A stretch of 64,000 nt of DNA, taken from NCBI GenBank assembly GCA_964016885.1, contig CAXHJY010001677.1, positions 207,626-271,625 on the forward strand. The letters run 5' to 3'. Shown here piece after piece: positions 42,367-56,162 of the stretch. A model generated the notes under the pieces. The model was not told the DNA's origin, searched no databases, and saw only the letters and a list, made by a program, of their open reading frames with translations. This DNA comes from Eledone cirrhosa. Lineage: Eukaryota. Each line of letters starts with the position of its first letter. The first letter of the stretch is position 1. Both the position numbers and the translations under genes were made by a program.

Positions 42367-42367
<1 letters not shown>
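41232..42367. mobile_element. SINE-B-derived composite: outward-facing SINE tails enclosing tandem ~120-bp SINE-body repeats
   Basis: 41232-41360 and 42252-42367 are reverse complements (SINE B 3' ends). GATG(C/T)CCTTCCTAACACCAACCACATTTACAGTGTG is repeated about 5-6 times inside. Confidence 0.7.
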
Positions 42368-42398
<31 letters not shown>

Positions 42399-42639
42399 GT
42401 ATTTTAGAGAATTCACACTTTATACTATACATATATATGTGTGTTGGGTGTGCTGAAACTGGTTAATGACATCAAAGAAAGAAATATATATATATATCAA
42501 GCAACAGAAAATAAGGAGAAATGTATAGTTATGTGTTTGATATTGCATATATATGTATTCATCTATGAAGTGCCTGAAGAGAAGATAGGATTTACTATAA
42601 TATTTTGTGGAATATAGACTGAAAGCATAATTCAAATAG

Positions 42640-43040
42640 TTATAGCAGAGAAAATGTTGTTAATGGAACACTTTTGAATGTTTCAAGAAACGCACTGGTT
42701 TAAAATTTTGAACGACCAAGCATAGAGAAGTTGAGAAAGAAACTGGGTGTTAGAGTGATAAGTTGTGGTGTGCAGGAGAGAAGGCTGAGATGGTATGGAC
42801 ATGTGATGCGCATGGAGGATGACCGATGGGTGAAGAAGTGCTAGGAAGTCCTAGTGGAGGGAAGACGCAGTAGAGGTAGACCACGGAAAACATGGGCAGA
42901 GGTGGTGAGAGCAGACCTCAGATCGCTGAAACTCACCAAGGAGATGACGAAGGACCGTGACAAGTGGCGAGATGCTGTGCTGTATAGGACCCGTCCAACC
43001 CTTGCAAGCAGGGAAAAGCGGATGTAAAATGATGATGATA
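42640..43040 (+). mobile_element. RTE-clade LINE 3' end
   Basis: VQERRLRWYGHVMRMEDDRWVKKC*EVLVEGRRSRGRPRKTWAEVVRADL..DRDKWRDAV; tail CCAACCCTTGCAAGCAGGGAAAAGCGGATGTAAAA(TGA)n. Confidence 0.9.
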
Positions 43041-43210
43041 CATGTGCCCATGCACAGGAATACAGTTGCTGGTGCATAGTTTTATTAAAAATCAAGCCTG
43101 TGTCATAAAACTCTGTGGTTTTGCCTGCGTTTACACAGTCATCACTTATTATAGTCTTGCAACCATGTGAACACACCAGCAAAACTCCAGAGTAGCAAGA
43201 CACTATATCA

Positions 43211-44483
43211 TCTCCCTCCATATAAAATTATTTGTCTTTCTGTCTGTCTGACTGTCTTTTCTTTATGCATTCTCAAATGGCTCGACCAAATCAAATCAAA
43301 TTTTACAAGGTATTAGTATTAGACCCCAGCATTAATAACATGTAATTCTTATTTTCATTTGCATTAAAACAATATAACCTTTTACCTAAAATAATATACT
43401 ATAAGTAAATGGATATTTTATAACACGATGACGACATCTCATTTTGTATATGAGTGTATGTGTGTTTGCGCGTTCATTTCGTACGTTAGGCCTTAGTAAG
43501 TTACATACACTCACATCTCCATGTAAATATTTAATCAGATACACAGAGAATTAAACACACACACACATCTACACATACATATGTGATAACTGACAAGTAT
43601 AGGTGGGTGAGTGTATGTGTGTCTGTTTCATGGGTGAAACTCTATGTGTGTGTTTGTATGAATGTATGTCTGTGTCTGTTGTTTTATAAGTGTATATTTG
43701 TGTGAGTATATGTGTGTCTGTTCATTTATATTTATATTCTCATACCGCTAAATTAACAATTAATACATTTGCTTATATTTGGTTAATTTCCCCTGCATAC
43801 ATAAATAGAGATTGGCAGTATCGGTAGAGGGTCGGACGCCATGCTTTCCAGCATAGTTACGTCCCTTTACGATCTGAGTTCAAATCCCGCCGAGGTTGAC
43901 TTTGCCTTTCATCCTTACGGGGTCGATAAAATAAAGTACCAGTAATGAACTGGTGAATTGCTGGTCTTGTGCCTAAAGTAGAAACAAATATATATTTCTT
44001 TTGGATCTTAATACTTATTTGTTTACAATATTGAAAAAAAATGTCTTTATTCTAAAAGTTCCTTTCATACCTACAGCTGTTCCATTAGAATTTAAGAGGC
44101 TTTAGTTTCCATTCAAACTAAGTTTTATTATTTCAATTAACAAATCTCAGAGTCAATCCCTGAAGTTAGTTGGACTTGATCTCTCTACTACATGTTTCTC
44201 CCATGGTCAACGCTATGTTGGTTTCTCACAAGTTGGAAGCAGCAATAATTTATTTAGTTGAACACTAACAAAGAATTACACAATTAATATTGTTTACCCT
44301 GAGGTACTTCAAGATTGAAATATTTTCATTTCTAAATACTATTATCATTACAATTTTGATATTTTAAAATAAAATATAGATATTTTGAAATAATTATGAG
44401 AAAAATATATATCTTCATATTTACTGTTTACTAATCTGAATAAGAACAGCAGTAACCCAGGCAACGCCGGATCATTCAGCTAG
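43211..44483 (+). mobile_element. Non-autonomous Helitron with PIF1-like helicase C-terminal remnant
   Basis: 44080-44320 translates FPLEFKRL*FPFKLSFIISINKSQSQSLKLVGLDL..CFSHGQRYVGFSQVG..NIVYPEVLQ. 3' end CCCAGGCAACGCCGGA..CTAG|T. Putative A|TC 5' end followed by ATAAAA..(TGTC)n; the 5' end is less certain. Confidence 0.8.
43808..43990 (+). mobile_element. SINE family A nested in the Helitron
   Basis: Family A sequence, nearly identical to 54721-54899. Confidence 0.85.
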
Positions 44484-46199
44484 TCCTTAATTAAACTATT
44501 AATCTATTTTATGAGAGTTAATATTAAATGGATAATTTTAGGTTCATGATAATACACTCTTAAAAGCATTTGGCATCCAGCAATATCTGTGTGTTAAACC
44601 TATCATTTTTAGTTAGTGTTTTAGTTGTTTGAACAATAGCAAGCCTGGTGATGAAATTACCTTGCAGGTTGCTGACCTTTCTATATACACGTGCGCATTT
44701 AATTTTTTTTTTGTTATTTTGTTTGTTTTTTTGAGATTGAACATGGCAGGTGTGAAAACCTGGCCCTTTGAATTAAAGATTCAACTAAATTTTGCTGAGT
44801 GGATTGGAACAATGTGAAATAAAATGTCTTCTTTAAGGACAAAATACTGGGCCCAAATTGAACTTCTGAATTTATGATTGTAAACCAAATATTTTTATAT
44901 GCACTTTTACAAATGCAACTGCAGAAATCATGTAAAAAATGTAGACAGGACTCTTCAGTTGTGTCAGTGACATGATTACCACTCTGGTGCAGGTGCCACC
45001 AGAAAGAATATTCAGTTGTAGAAATAATGGTAAAATGGAACTTATCTCCATAAATATATTCCTACTCTTGATCCATCTGGGAGAGCAGTAGCTACAGTTA
45101 AGTACTGACTTGGTTTGTAATGGCCTGTCCAACCCATGCCCGTAGTGAAAAGTGAATGGAAAAAATGGTGATGATGTATACATACATACACAATTGTATG
45201 TATTTATATCCATAGACTACTATATGTATGTATTATTCACTGAAACACACTAGATGCATGGCATGAGTTAAAATTATTTGGTTTGGAAGCCAAGCCACTT
45301 AGCCTATATGATTTGTCAAGAGGTATGAACTCAGTGACACCTTGTGGCACACCAAAACATTAAGTGGAATTAATAAAAGCTAAGTTTTCCTCCTTGATTC
45401 TACTATTTGACAAGCAAACCACTGTAAATTAATTAATAGCCTGTCTTTCAGGCTGCCCAAAACTTGGCACTTTTTCCAGTTGTCTGTTTTGTCTTTATTT
45501 CTGCTTTGTCTCAGGCTTTCCCCTCATTGATTTTCTTTTTCTTACATGCATGTACATCTCTCTCTCTCTCTCTCTCTTATATATATATATATATATATAT
45601 ATGCATACTTGTATACAGACACACACACACACAAACACACATTTTCTCTCTCTCTCTCTCTCACACACACATATATACATAGAGAGTCAGGAGCATACAT
45701 TTTTATTTCTTTTGTTGTTTCTTCTGAAGCTTTTCTACTTTAACTCTATCCTCTCTAATAATCCTGTTTCTTTTCTTTTCTATTCCATCGTTTACACTTA
45801 CCTTTATTTATTTGTTCCTTCTCTTCCTCCTTCACCTCTATTTCTTGACTCCATACTTACATTCAAATCACTATATCTGTTTTTTTCTTGTCTCCTTCTG
45901 CTAGAATATTATTCAATCCATTTATACTTTCTTTCTCTTTTCCTTTCTTCCATTTTCTTTTCTCTCTACTATTGTTTCCTCCACTTCCATTTTTGTACCT
46001 GTTAACCCTTTAATTCATTTACGAATGTTAGTTATTACACTGCATCCATTTCAGGGTACCATTTTGATTTAGTAAATCATATTTAGACACTAATACTTAT
46101 TATTCAAATCTGGTTCTTATTTTATCAATCTCCCTTTTATTAAACAACTAAGTTATGGGATATAAACAGATGGACACAGGCACAAATATAAACAAACAC

Positions 46200-46380
46200 A
46201 TGGGCAGACACACACACAACAGGATTCTGTATTTTCCTTTTACTCAATTCCACTCACAAGGCATTGGTTAACCCAAAGCTATAATAAATGATACACAAAC
46301 AAGGTGACATGCAATGGGATTCAATCAAGAATCGTGTGGTTCTGAAACACAATCCTTAACCACACAACCATAACTGCGCT
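46200..46380 (-). mobile_element. Old tRNA-derived SINE (fourth family; related remnants near 29650, 30550 and 33300)
   Basis: Minus strand ATGGTTGTGTGGTTAAG..ACCACACGATTC..AATCCCATTGC..CCTTGTGAGTGGAATTG. Confidence 0.45.
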
Positions 46381-46434
46381 TATAATATGATTCAATAATT
46401 TAATTTGTTCTTACACTGGTCTCAATCATTAGAC

Positions 46435-49332
46435 CAGGGGTTGGCAACCTTTTGGAGAGAGAGGGCCAAACAGCTATGCAGTGTCATGGAGGAGGGCCAT
46501 GTTATTAAATATGTAAATAAATTTTCTGGAGGTTTAAAGCAAAACAAGGAATTTAATATAATTTTATTTTAACAAGGCCCCTTATTTTACTGCAGGAATA
46601 ACAAGAAAAAAAGAATAAAAATCTACAAACACATTAAACAAAAAAAAAAGCAAATCCTTATTTTATTGCAGGTATAACAGAAAAACAACTACTATCACAA
46701 TCAACAAAAACAAAGCAAATTCCTTGCTACAAACGAAATACAGTTAGAAATGGTAAATGATTTAATGAGACACTTGTTTCTGCCTATTGTGCGATAACTT
46801 CTCCACATCAGGTGAAATATTTGTCGATGACAGGAACAAAACATCATCCAGGTGGTCGTCACGCAACCTTGTTCTTAAATGACTTTTAGTATATTTCATT
46901 TTGGAAAAAAGTTGTTTACAAGCATATGTACTTCCAAATAATGATATCATCAGTTTCACATTAGTCAAGATGTTTTTATATTTTCCACTTGGTAATATAT
47001 ATTTCTTGTAGAAGTCAGCAGTGGATTCGAACTGAAATTTCGATTTCAAAAATTTGTCGCACTGTAAGTCAATTAACTCCAACTGATATTCTTCTGCCAC
47101 TTGCTCCACATCTGTTTCGTAAGGACTACCAGATAACTTAAATAGAGTTCCATATTGCCGGAAGTCAACAAAACGAGAGAAAAACTCGCTTCTCAAATCC
47201 TTAATAGAACTCACAAAGATGTCTGGTATTATATCTCTCTTGTGATTTTGGAGACTTAGGAAATGAGAAGTTTTCTCTCAAAAGCAGTAATTTGACCAAA
47301 CATATCAAATACAACCTTGTTCTTTCCTTGAAGCTCTAGATTCAAAGTGTTCATGTGGGTCGTGAAGTCCACTAAAAAAGCTAACTTGACAACCCACTGT
47401 GGATCCTGAAAGTAAGAATTATCTTGGTCTTTTCTCTCTCAAAATATAGAAATCTCTTCTCTCAATGCATATACTTGTTCTATCATTTTTCTGCAGCTAA
47501 GCCATCGAACATTTGAAAAATATGTAAGGACGCCATACTCTGCTTCAATTTGTTTTAGAAATTCTTGAAACTGGTGGTGATTTAGTCCTCTTGACAGTAT
47601 AAAATTCACTGTTTTCACGACTACTGCCATGATGTCCTTAAAATTCAGTGACATAATGCTTCTTGATGAATAATGCAATGAAGTTTGATTAGTTTTTTAT
47701 CAATACCCATGTGGTTTTGGAGCAATGCAACAAACCACTTTTTCTCTCCAACCATTACTGGTGCTCCATCTGTGATTACTCCAGAAAGCTTTGATAAATC
47801 CAGATTCATTTCGGTAATCCATTTTATTATGCTTTCCAAAATATCTGCTCCAGCGCTAGTGTCCTTCATAGGAATCAATTGTACAAATTCTTCCACAATA
47901 TCAAAAGTTGGTGTTACAACCCTCATAAACACTGCAAGTTGACAAGTATCCTTCAAATCTGTGGTTTCATCGATAGCAATGGAATAATACTCCAGATTAT
48001 TTAAAATGCCCTCCAAGCCACTTCTGACATTTGCTGCTAACTCCTCAATTCGCCTTCTTACTGTTCTTGCCGATAAGCTGATGGCAGAAATTAATTCCCT
48101 TTTTTATGGACAAACAACATCTGCTAGCTTCAACAATAATTCTTTGAAAAAATCTCCATCAGTAAAAGGTTTCATCCTTTCTGCAATTAGTTTTGACACC
48201 TCCAGTGAAAAAGGATGATTGTTTTGTTACATTATTTCTCAGCCGTGCAACCTCGTTTACTCGTGCTTTTCCATCAAAACTGTTGTAATGATTATGATGA
48301 GTTTCATAGTGCCGTTTAATATTTGAAACTTTCTTCACGGCAATGGTTTCTTGACAAATTACAATTTCCGAAGTGCTCAATGAAAAAATAGCTAAGTGTC
48401 CAGCCATCGTTAAAAGTTCGGCACTCCAAATCCACTTTTCTTTTCTTAGCTTCCATGGGCTTGTTTTTGTTCAAACAAAAAAGATTTATGGAAAGGAAAA
48501 AGAACAAAAAGTATAATAATTAGAATGAAGAAATAAGAACCAATGAAAACAAATGTAAATGCAAATACAGTAATGCAATAAAATATGATAATTGTGAATA
48601 AATTATATAAAACCAGGATTCTAACGACGTTGTTATATCAGGGTTGCCATTTGTTTTTTTTAAACCACTTTTGGCCTAATTCTGATAATAATTATTCACA
48701 CAATTTATCACAAATAATGAAATAAACGTTATTATTGAATAAAGATACCTACTGTATAGTTGTTATACCACCAGACAACAAACTCAAATGAAAATACTCT
48801 GGGGAGGAGGGAACGAAGTAATTTTTCTAACGACAGCTTTACATTGTGCCGAGGGGGCACAGGTAAGGTCAGGCAAACGAAGACGACAATAATTGACGAG
48901 TGATTTTATTGAATGACAATATGGGTATAAAAGCGAGTCATGCAAACCGTAGGTAGTATACCTTCCAGTCGCTGACGAAAATGCATACTTCCAGCCAATA
49001 TTTGTGTTTGTTGACTGGAACAAAAACACATACATGAAATCACAGGAAATAATAATACAGGTGATATAAAGCTTGGCGGAAAGCCCAGAAAAAGATGGAT
49101 AAGAGGAAATAATAATAAATGGAAAATATAATAAGGTTTAAAGGTATCTGTAAATATATACGGTATGAGCAGCGATTTGTGATGGGCATCAGGTGGGCAC
49201 AACCTTAAAGTGAACTACTGTATCTGTATTCGATACTAATTAGATAATTAATGTCCAGTGTAAGATGGCGGGCCGGACAAAAATCACTCGAGGGCCGGAT
49301 GTGGTCCGCAGGCCGGGGGTTGCCGACCCCTA
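46435..49332 (-). mobile_element. Full-length hAT (Buster/SPIN-like) DNA transposon, decayed
   Basis: TIRs CAGGGGTTGGCAACC / GGTTGCCGACCCCTA; 8-bp TSD CATTAGAC / CTTTAGAC (nnnTAnnn); ~2.9 kb. Confidence 0.92.
46762..48457 (-). pseudogene. hAT transposase (GTF2IRD2/EPM2AIP1/SPIN-like), frameshifted
   Basis: MEAKKRKVDLECRTF..W...YFF, ICQETIAVKKVSNIKRHYETHH (BED finger), YSIAIDETTD..QLAVF, ITDGAPVMVG, HCIIHQEALC, VRWLS, LFGSTYACKQLFSKMK..R.RL.D..L..QVSH. Confidence 0.9.
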
Positions 49333-49772
49333 CTTTAGACTATCACCATGATGGAGCAATAGATTAAACCCCAAATTTTTAGCCTGGTCCTTATGTTATC
49401 AAACTTTATTTATCAAATCTATCATTCTTGTTATATAGTTGGTTGATGTGGACACAAACACACATAGGACAATGAGAAAATGTTATGTGATTTTTATTTT
49501 GCTTATGATGTGCTGAAGGAGGTGACTAAATGGTTGAGTGTAGGAAGGGCATCTGGTTGGACTGCATCACCTCGAAGAGGACACTATAATGAGTATGAAG
49601 CCTATTATGGGGACCTGCCATACTTATCTCTGCTTAAGCTGGGTATATAGCCTTAAACTGTTTGTATTTGAATATTGAGCTGTTAGGAAAGCTAGAAATA
49701 AACATTACACTAGACATTTATTATGATCGTACCATTTAGTGATTTTCTTCATTTTAATATTATCGTTAACTA

Positions 49773-49990
49773 TGGTAGTTGATTGGCAGTGTGAGTAGGG
49801 AGTTCGACAACATGCTTTGCAGCAGAAAGTTACCTCCCTTTATGCTCTGAGTTCAAATCTCACTGAGGTAAGCTTTGCCTTTCATCCTTATGAGGTTGAT
49901 AAAATTATGAACCAGTAATGGACTGGTGTCGATTTAATCGACTTTTCCCTCCCTCCCTCAAAATTGTGCCTAAATTTGAATCCATTATTA
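49773..49990 (+). mobile_element. SINE family A (diverged)
   Basis: GAGTTCAAATC B box; GCCTTTCATCCTTATGAGGTTGATAAAA. Confidence 0.7.
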
Positions 49991-52349
49991 TCTCTAACTA
50001 CTCTATTAGTGCCAAGTGTATACAGTTTATCATAAGTGCACCATATTACAGCAAGTCATAAGAGTTGACTAAAGGGGGTATCCAGTCATAAAATATTGCT
50101 TTAAAAGACTTCCCATAATGAGCATAATGCTCTTCATGGCCCCACAAAACTAAACACTACTTTCGCAGAGAAAAGTGATCTTAAAGCACTTGCAGTTACT
50201 GCTGCTTTAACAGTTCTATTAAAGTAGATCAAAACACTATAGATGGTACATCCAACAGTGAATTTCTTAATAAATTCAGGATAATACTACAAGAAGCAAA
50301 GCTTCATATAAATAACATAGACACATCTAGTAGATACATTAGGTAGTATAAGTCTAAAGTCTGTCTCATGGCTTGAGGTTCATCAGGCCACTGTTCATCC
50401 TGGTTTTCAAGACATTAAGCTACTGTTGGTCCTGATTTCCAGCGGAGTATACTGGAGCAACATGTAATGAAGCATTTTTCTCAAGAACACAACACAGAAC
50501 CCAATCAAGGATTCAAACCCATGATACAAGAATCCTAAGTCTAACAGATTTACCACTAATTAGGCCATGTACCTCCACAGTGACACCTATAAAGATAGTT
50601 GTAAAATATGTGCCATTGACCCACAGCAAGATTACAGATTTGGATCCCCCAGCATGTTTGCTATATAATGACTGAAACCAGTAATAGAATAAAAGCACAA
50701 CTCTATGAAAACTGTTGGTGTTGGTATATACACATACACAAAATTACATACACACACACTCCTTCTTTCTTTCTCTCTTCTACATACAACACACACACCA
50801 CCCTTACAAATACATTTATATTAGCTCTAGAAAATGTATTCCTGAACACAACTCTCTGTGATCAGATATCAAATGGGTCAATAGTTGCAACTTTCTTTCG
50901 CTACATACAACATCTAAAATTTCCCCTCTACTCCTCTTCCAATATTCACAAATAAATGGGAACTACAATATTGATAATTTCTGACGTGATTACTGCTAAC
51001 AATATTGTTTCCCTGATTATGTAAATATATCAACTGTTGAACATTTGCATTGACTATATTGGACAAATTATTACTAAGGCTGCTGACTTATGCTAACATA
51101 TTCTAGGAACTCTCTTCTAGCAAGGTGTTTGCAAGCCTTCCTCACATTATTTCTCTTTTCTATCCAAAAACACACCCTTATTATTGCATTGCTTTGAATG
51201 AATATACATATGTATGCAATGTAATGTATATATATTTGTATATATGTGTGTGTATACATACATATATAAACACTCACACATATATCACACATACACACAT
51301 ATATATATGTATATATATGTATATATATATATATATATCAACCACTACTCTATTGAATTTGTTGCTATTCACTTACATTCACATACAAACACATGCATAC
51401 CCACACATACACATAAATGCACACACACATGCACACATATTTATATTAGCTTTAGAAAATTTATTCGTGAACACAACTTTCTCTGATCATCACGTTTAGA
51501 ATGAAACTAATAGACACTGTAGGGCATTGAATTTTCTAAAACCCACAATAAATTATTACACTCCAAATGTGTTAAGTTCTATTTTTATTCAAGCTTACTG
51601 TGTTAACCATCATCATCATCTAACTTCTATTTTCCCACTCTGGTATGGGTTAGACAGGTTATAACAGATCAAGTCAGAAATAAATCTGAGCTGCTATTCC
51701 CCCCGGACAAAACAGGGGCTATTTCTAGCTAACAAACGTTCAAATTTTGGCATGACTTCTATCGATGGGTGCTCCTTCAAACAGAAATCAGTTGACAGAG
51801 AAAACTGGGTGCATTTTTATTATTGTACTGCCTTTAAGGAGATTGTTATATCCTTAACACTACTAAAAATCCCTCTTAACCATTTCTATGGCATGGTTTC
51901 TACCATGTGCTTTCTAACACCAACAACTTTACAAAGTGTATTGTGTGCATTTTCATGTACCACCAACAGAAGAGGGGTTTTTTGTGTGTTTGACATGACC
52001 AGAAAATTCTCTCAACTCTTTGTTTGGTATAGTTTCCATTAGTGGATTGCCTTCCTAAAACTAAACACTTTATTTATGATGATGATCATTATCATCATCA
52101 TTTAATGTCTGTCTTCCCTGCTATCAAGGGTTGGATAGGTCTTCACATACTGAGTCAGTACTCAATCACAGATGGGCCTACATCTCACTTACATACATTT
52201 CCACATTCTACTGAATACATTTTATCATAGTATAGGCATCAATGAGGTTATCTTGTCTTTGACACAATTGATGAATCCACCAGACCATTTGTTTGACAAA
52301 TTTTATATGGCTGGATGTTCTTTCTGTCACCAACCAATTTACAGAGTCA

Positions 52350-52990
52350 ATTGCTACAAAGGCAAAGGTGGTGCACTAGACAGAGGAAACTACCAATGCA
52401 TCAAATTGATGGATCAGGTAATGAAAGGTACAGAAACAGTTATACTACAACTGATTAGGGAACAAATTAACCTAAATCAGATACAGTTTGGATTTGTGCC
52501 TAGTAAAAGTACAACAAATAAACATATCCTTGTGAGGCAACTGCAGGAGAAGTACCTAGCTAAAAGTAAACTAAACTACTTGGCATTTGTTATTATGGAG
52601 AAAGCTTTTGACAGGGTCCCCATTCTGTAATATGGTGGGCACTTAGGAAACTAGGGACAGACAAGTGGCTTGTGAGGGTTGTACAGTCAGCAAGGTTAAA
52701 ATTAATAATTACTATAGTGAGGAGTTTAGCATGCAAGTTGGAGGACCACCAGGGCCCTTTCCATAGCCCTCTCCTGTTTATTATTGCACTACAGGATATA
52801 ACAGATGAGTTTAAAACAAGATGCTCTTGACAGCTCCTATATGCTAATGTAACTCTCATAGCTGAATCTATAGCAGAACTAGAGGAAAGATTCCTGATCT
52901 GAAAGCATAACCTAGAATCAAAAGGTCTTGAATTCAACTTGGCTAAGACGAAAGTAGGAAAAAAAAACAAGGCAGATGATCCTGCTCAGT
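52350..52990 (+). mobile_element. RTE-clade LINE RT fragment
   Basis: CYKGKGGALDRGNYQCIKL..QFGFVPSKSTT..VRQLQEKY..LAFV.MEKAFDRVP; HQG..SPLLFII; LLYAN. Confidence 0.85.
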
Positions 52991-54720
52991 GTGTAGGAAA
53001 GGGTTAGGTATAAATTCCATCCTCTTTCCCAGACAGTTCTGTATGAGCAAGACATGATCATCTGATTTGTCTCAGAACAGGACAACTCATCTAACCCTTG
53101 TAAGTGTGGAAAAGTGGATGTTAAATGGTGATGATAATGATGATAACTCGTGTACACACACATGGAAAACAATGCAATAGGTGAATATATATACACCCCT
53201 GGAAATCATAGTAATAATATGGTGAGTATGTATGGTGCTGGTATATGTGATTGTGTGTATTTTTGTGTGTCTGTGTATGTATACATATTGATATATTAGG
53301 GACTGTGGCAATGCAGAATCATTAGAGCTTTGAATAATTGTTTTTTAATTACATCCTCTTACTTTCTACTAAAGCTACCTTTGTTTTTCATTCTCCAGAA
53401 CTAACAAAATATGTACCAATTAAAAACTGAGGTTGATTTGATCAGCTAAATCCACTCACTGTATTTGAGGCATTCTGCCTATATAAGAAATGAATATTTA
53501 TATTTTAGAAAGTGGTAGACAAACTAAGACAATATGTGGTGGAAGTTTAATTTGGCTCTAATAAGTATTTGTCGGACTCATTAGTGTTGGTGCCATGACC
53601 TTTAGTATTATCTGTAATAAGTTAGAGGTATCTCTTCAGTCTTTCCAACTACAATAAACTCTCTAGTGCTTGTGCCATGAACAAATGCACCCAGTACGCT
53701 CTGTAAAGTAGTGCCATCATAATATATACCTGGTGTGATCATAATATATACCTAATACACTCTATAAAGTGGTTGGCATTAGGAAAGGATTCCAGCCCTA
53801 GAAACCATACTAAAAGTTGTAATTTATGAACAAAATAAGGTGTCTTTACCTGTTGAGTATTGGATTGTAACAATTCATCCAAAACATGCCAGCATGGAGT
53901 AGTAAATTAAATTAGCCAAAGAATATTACTGAGAGACAACTTATTTCATATATCCAGAATTAAGCCAACTAAGTAGATGCCTAGGGTGCAGATCTCAAAG
54001 TGGCACATTGTTGAATTGTAAAGTATCACAGCTTTCTACAAATTACTTTAATAAACTTTAGTATATAATAATTCCCTATCAACAATAAATAATTAATACA
54101 TAGCAGCATTATGGAAATATGCAAAGCAGTGGAGAGTGCTGAGAGATGTTATGACCTGTAACATGATTTAGTGTGGGGGAATATGAGCTGTATATTAGAA
54201 AACATAGTCTTAATTTTCTCTGTGTGGTCAGAGCAGGTGTCAAAAATTAGCTTTATTAGCTTCCCAAACTGCAGGTTGAAATTATTTAGCAGAATATGAT
54301 GCATAATTTAGAAAAGGTGGGTGTATATTGTAGGGCTGCCCAAAGGATGCTAAATACCCAAGCAACAGCCCTGCATACATCTTGTAAGGATGATAAATAA
54401 CTAAGAATATCTCTGTGACATTTAATCTACTGACATTAATTCAACTGTCACTGTTATTGTTAATACCAATTTGTCAATAAATCAATATCTAATCTCAAAA
54501 ATAATATCAAGGAGCTGTATTGGAGAAATGATTGTCAGTTGCTCAGTTAAAACATCCTAATCTTGTGTTTAGCCATTAGCTCTCCAAACTACTTATTTAG
54601 GAGTTCAACAGATAAGAAAATGAAAGCTTAGAGCAGCAAGATAATTGGTAGTTGTTATGTGGAGTGGATGTTTTCAGAATCAGATTTGAATCCTCTTTAA
54701 TAAAAAATATATATGAATAA

Positions 54721-55088
54721 TAATTGTTTCTACTTTAGGCACAAGGCCAGCAATTTCCCAGATCATTACTGATACTTTATTTTATCGACCCCATAAGGAT
54801 GAAAGGCAAAGTCAACCTCGGCGGGATTTGAACTCAGATCGTAAAGGGACGTAACTATGCTGGAAAGCATGGCGTTCGACCCTCTACCGATACTGCCAAG
54901 GCACAAGGCCAACAATTTTGGGGAAGGAGAAAGTTAATTAAATCGACCTCAGTGCCCCATAATTGGCCCCATAAGGATGAAAGGCAAAGTTAACTTCAAT
55001 GGGATTTGAATTCAAATGTAAAGGAATATAACTATATGCTGCAAAGCATGTTGTCCAACACTTTGCTGATACTGTCAATCCACCACCC
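54721..55088 (-). mobile_element. Two adjacent SINE family A copies
   Basis: GGATGAAAGGCAAAGT(C/T)AAC..GGGATTTGAA occurs at ~54800 and ~54980. Confidence 0.8.
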
Positions 55089-55519
55089 TGATATATATGA
55101 ATAATAATGGTTTCTAATTTAGACATAAGTCCAGCCGCTTTGTGGTAGGATGGGGAAGGCAAAGTTGACCTTGGCTACATTAAATTCAGAATATAATGAG
55201 CTGTAACTAAGTACTTACAAAGCATTTTGCCCAATTCTCTAATGTTTATATATATCTGTATTGTATTTGTAAAGCTGCCATGTATATGAATGATAATAAT
55301 AGAAATATGGAACATAGAATGAAAATGAGGTCTCCCAACCTGTCTAGACTTGACATGGCAAACTGTTCAACCAATTCCTGCCTGGAAAGTAAAATAAAAT
55401 TATGATGATTAATATTAATATTTAGTAACAAGCTCAGCAGAGCAAAAGGTGAGCTCAAAGTGATATGCTTTTGAAGCCTTTTTGATGCTATTTCATTTTA
55501 CTGACACTAGACATGAGAG

Positions 55520-56162
55520 TTAGAGGTTAGAGAACTGGATTCATAATTGTGATGTTGTAAGTTCAATTCCCAGACTGGACAATGCTGGGCACCCAGCCAG
55601 CCCTATGGTGTAGGTAGTTTGGTGAAATGACAAAATTGCCCAGTGTACCCTGTAGTGTGGTCATGTTAGTGACACAACAAAAAGTGGTTGTTTTGGTTCC
55701 AAGCACCCAGTCTACCTTGTAAACTTGTTACTTTTGTGCCTCGATAAAAGTGCTCCACCCACACTGTCAAGTCGTCATTCTTGTGCCATGACAAAAGTGC
55801 CCATTTCACAATGTAATGTGATCATTTTGGTTCCATATGACAAAGTGCCCAGTTCACATTGTAAAGTGATCATGTAGGTGACACAAGAAAAAGCATCCAT
55901 TCCACACTGCAAAGTGGTCGTGTTGGTGAAATGATAAAATGATAAAGTGGTTATTTTGGTGCTATAAGAAGCATCCATTCCACATTATAAATGCGGTTGG
56001 CTTTAGGAAGGGCACCCAGCTGTAGAAACCAAGCCAGAAATAGTTCTGTATGAACAAGAGGTGGTCATCTGACCTGATCTGACTCTCAGCAGGACAACTC
56101 ATCTAACCCACGCTTGTATGGAAAAATGGACGTTAAATGGTGGTGGTGATGATGATGATGGT
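55520..56162 (+). mobile_element. SINE family B with about 9 internal ~38-bp repeats
   Basis: tRNA-like head (GGTTAGAG..GTTCAATTCC), repeated CACACTGTAAAGTGGTC units, AGGAAGGGCACCCAGCTGTAGAAACC, and a tail with (TGA)n. Confidence 0.7.
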
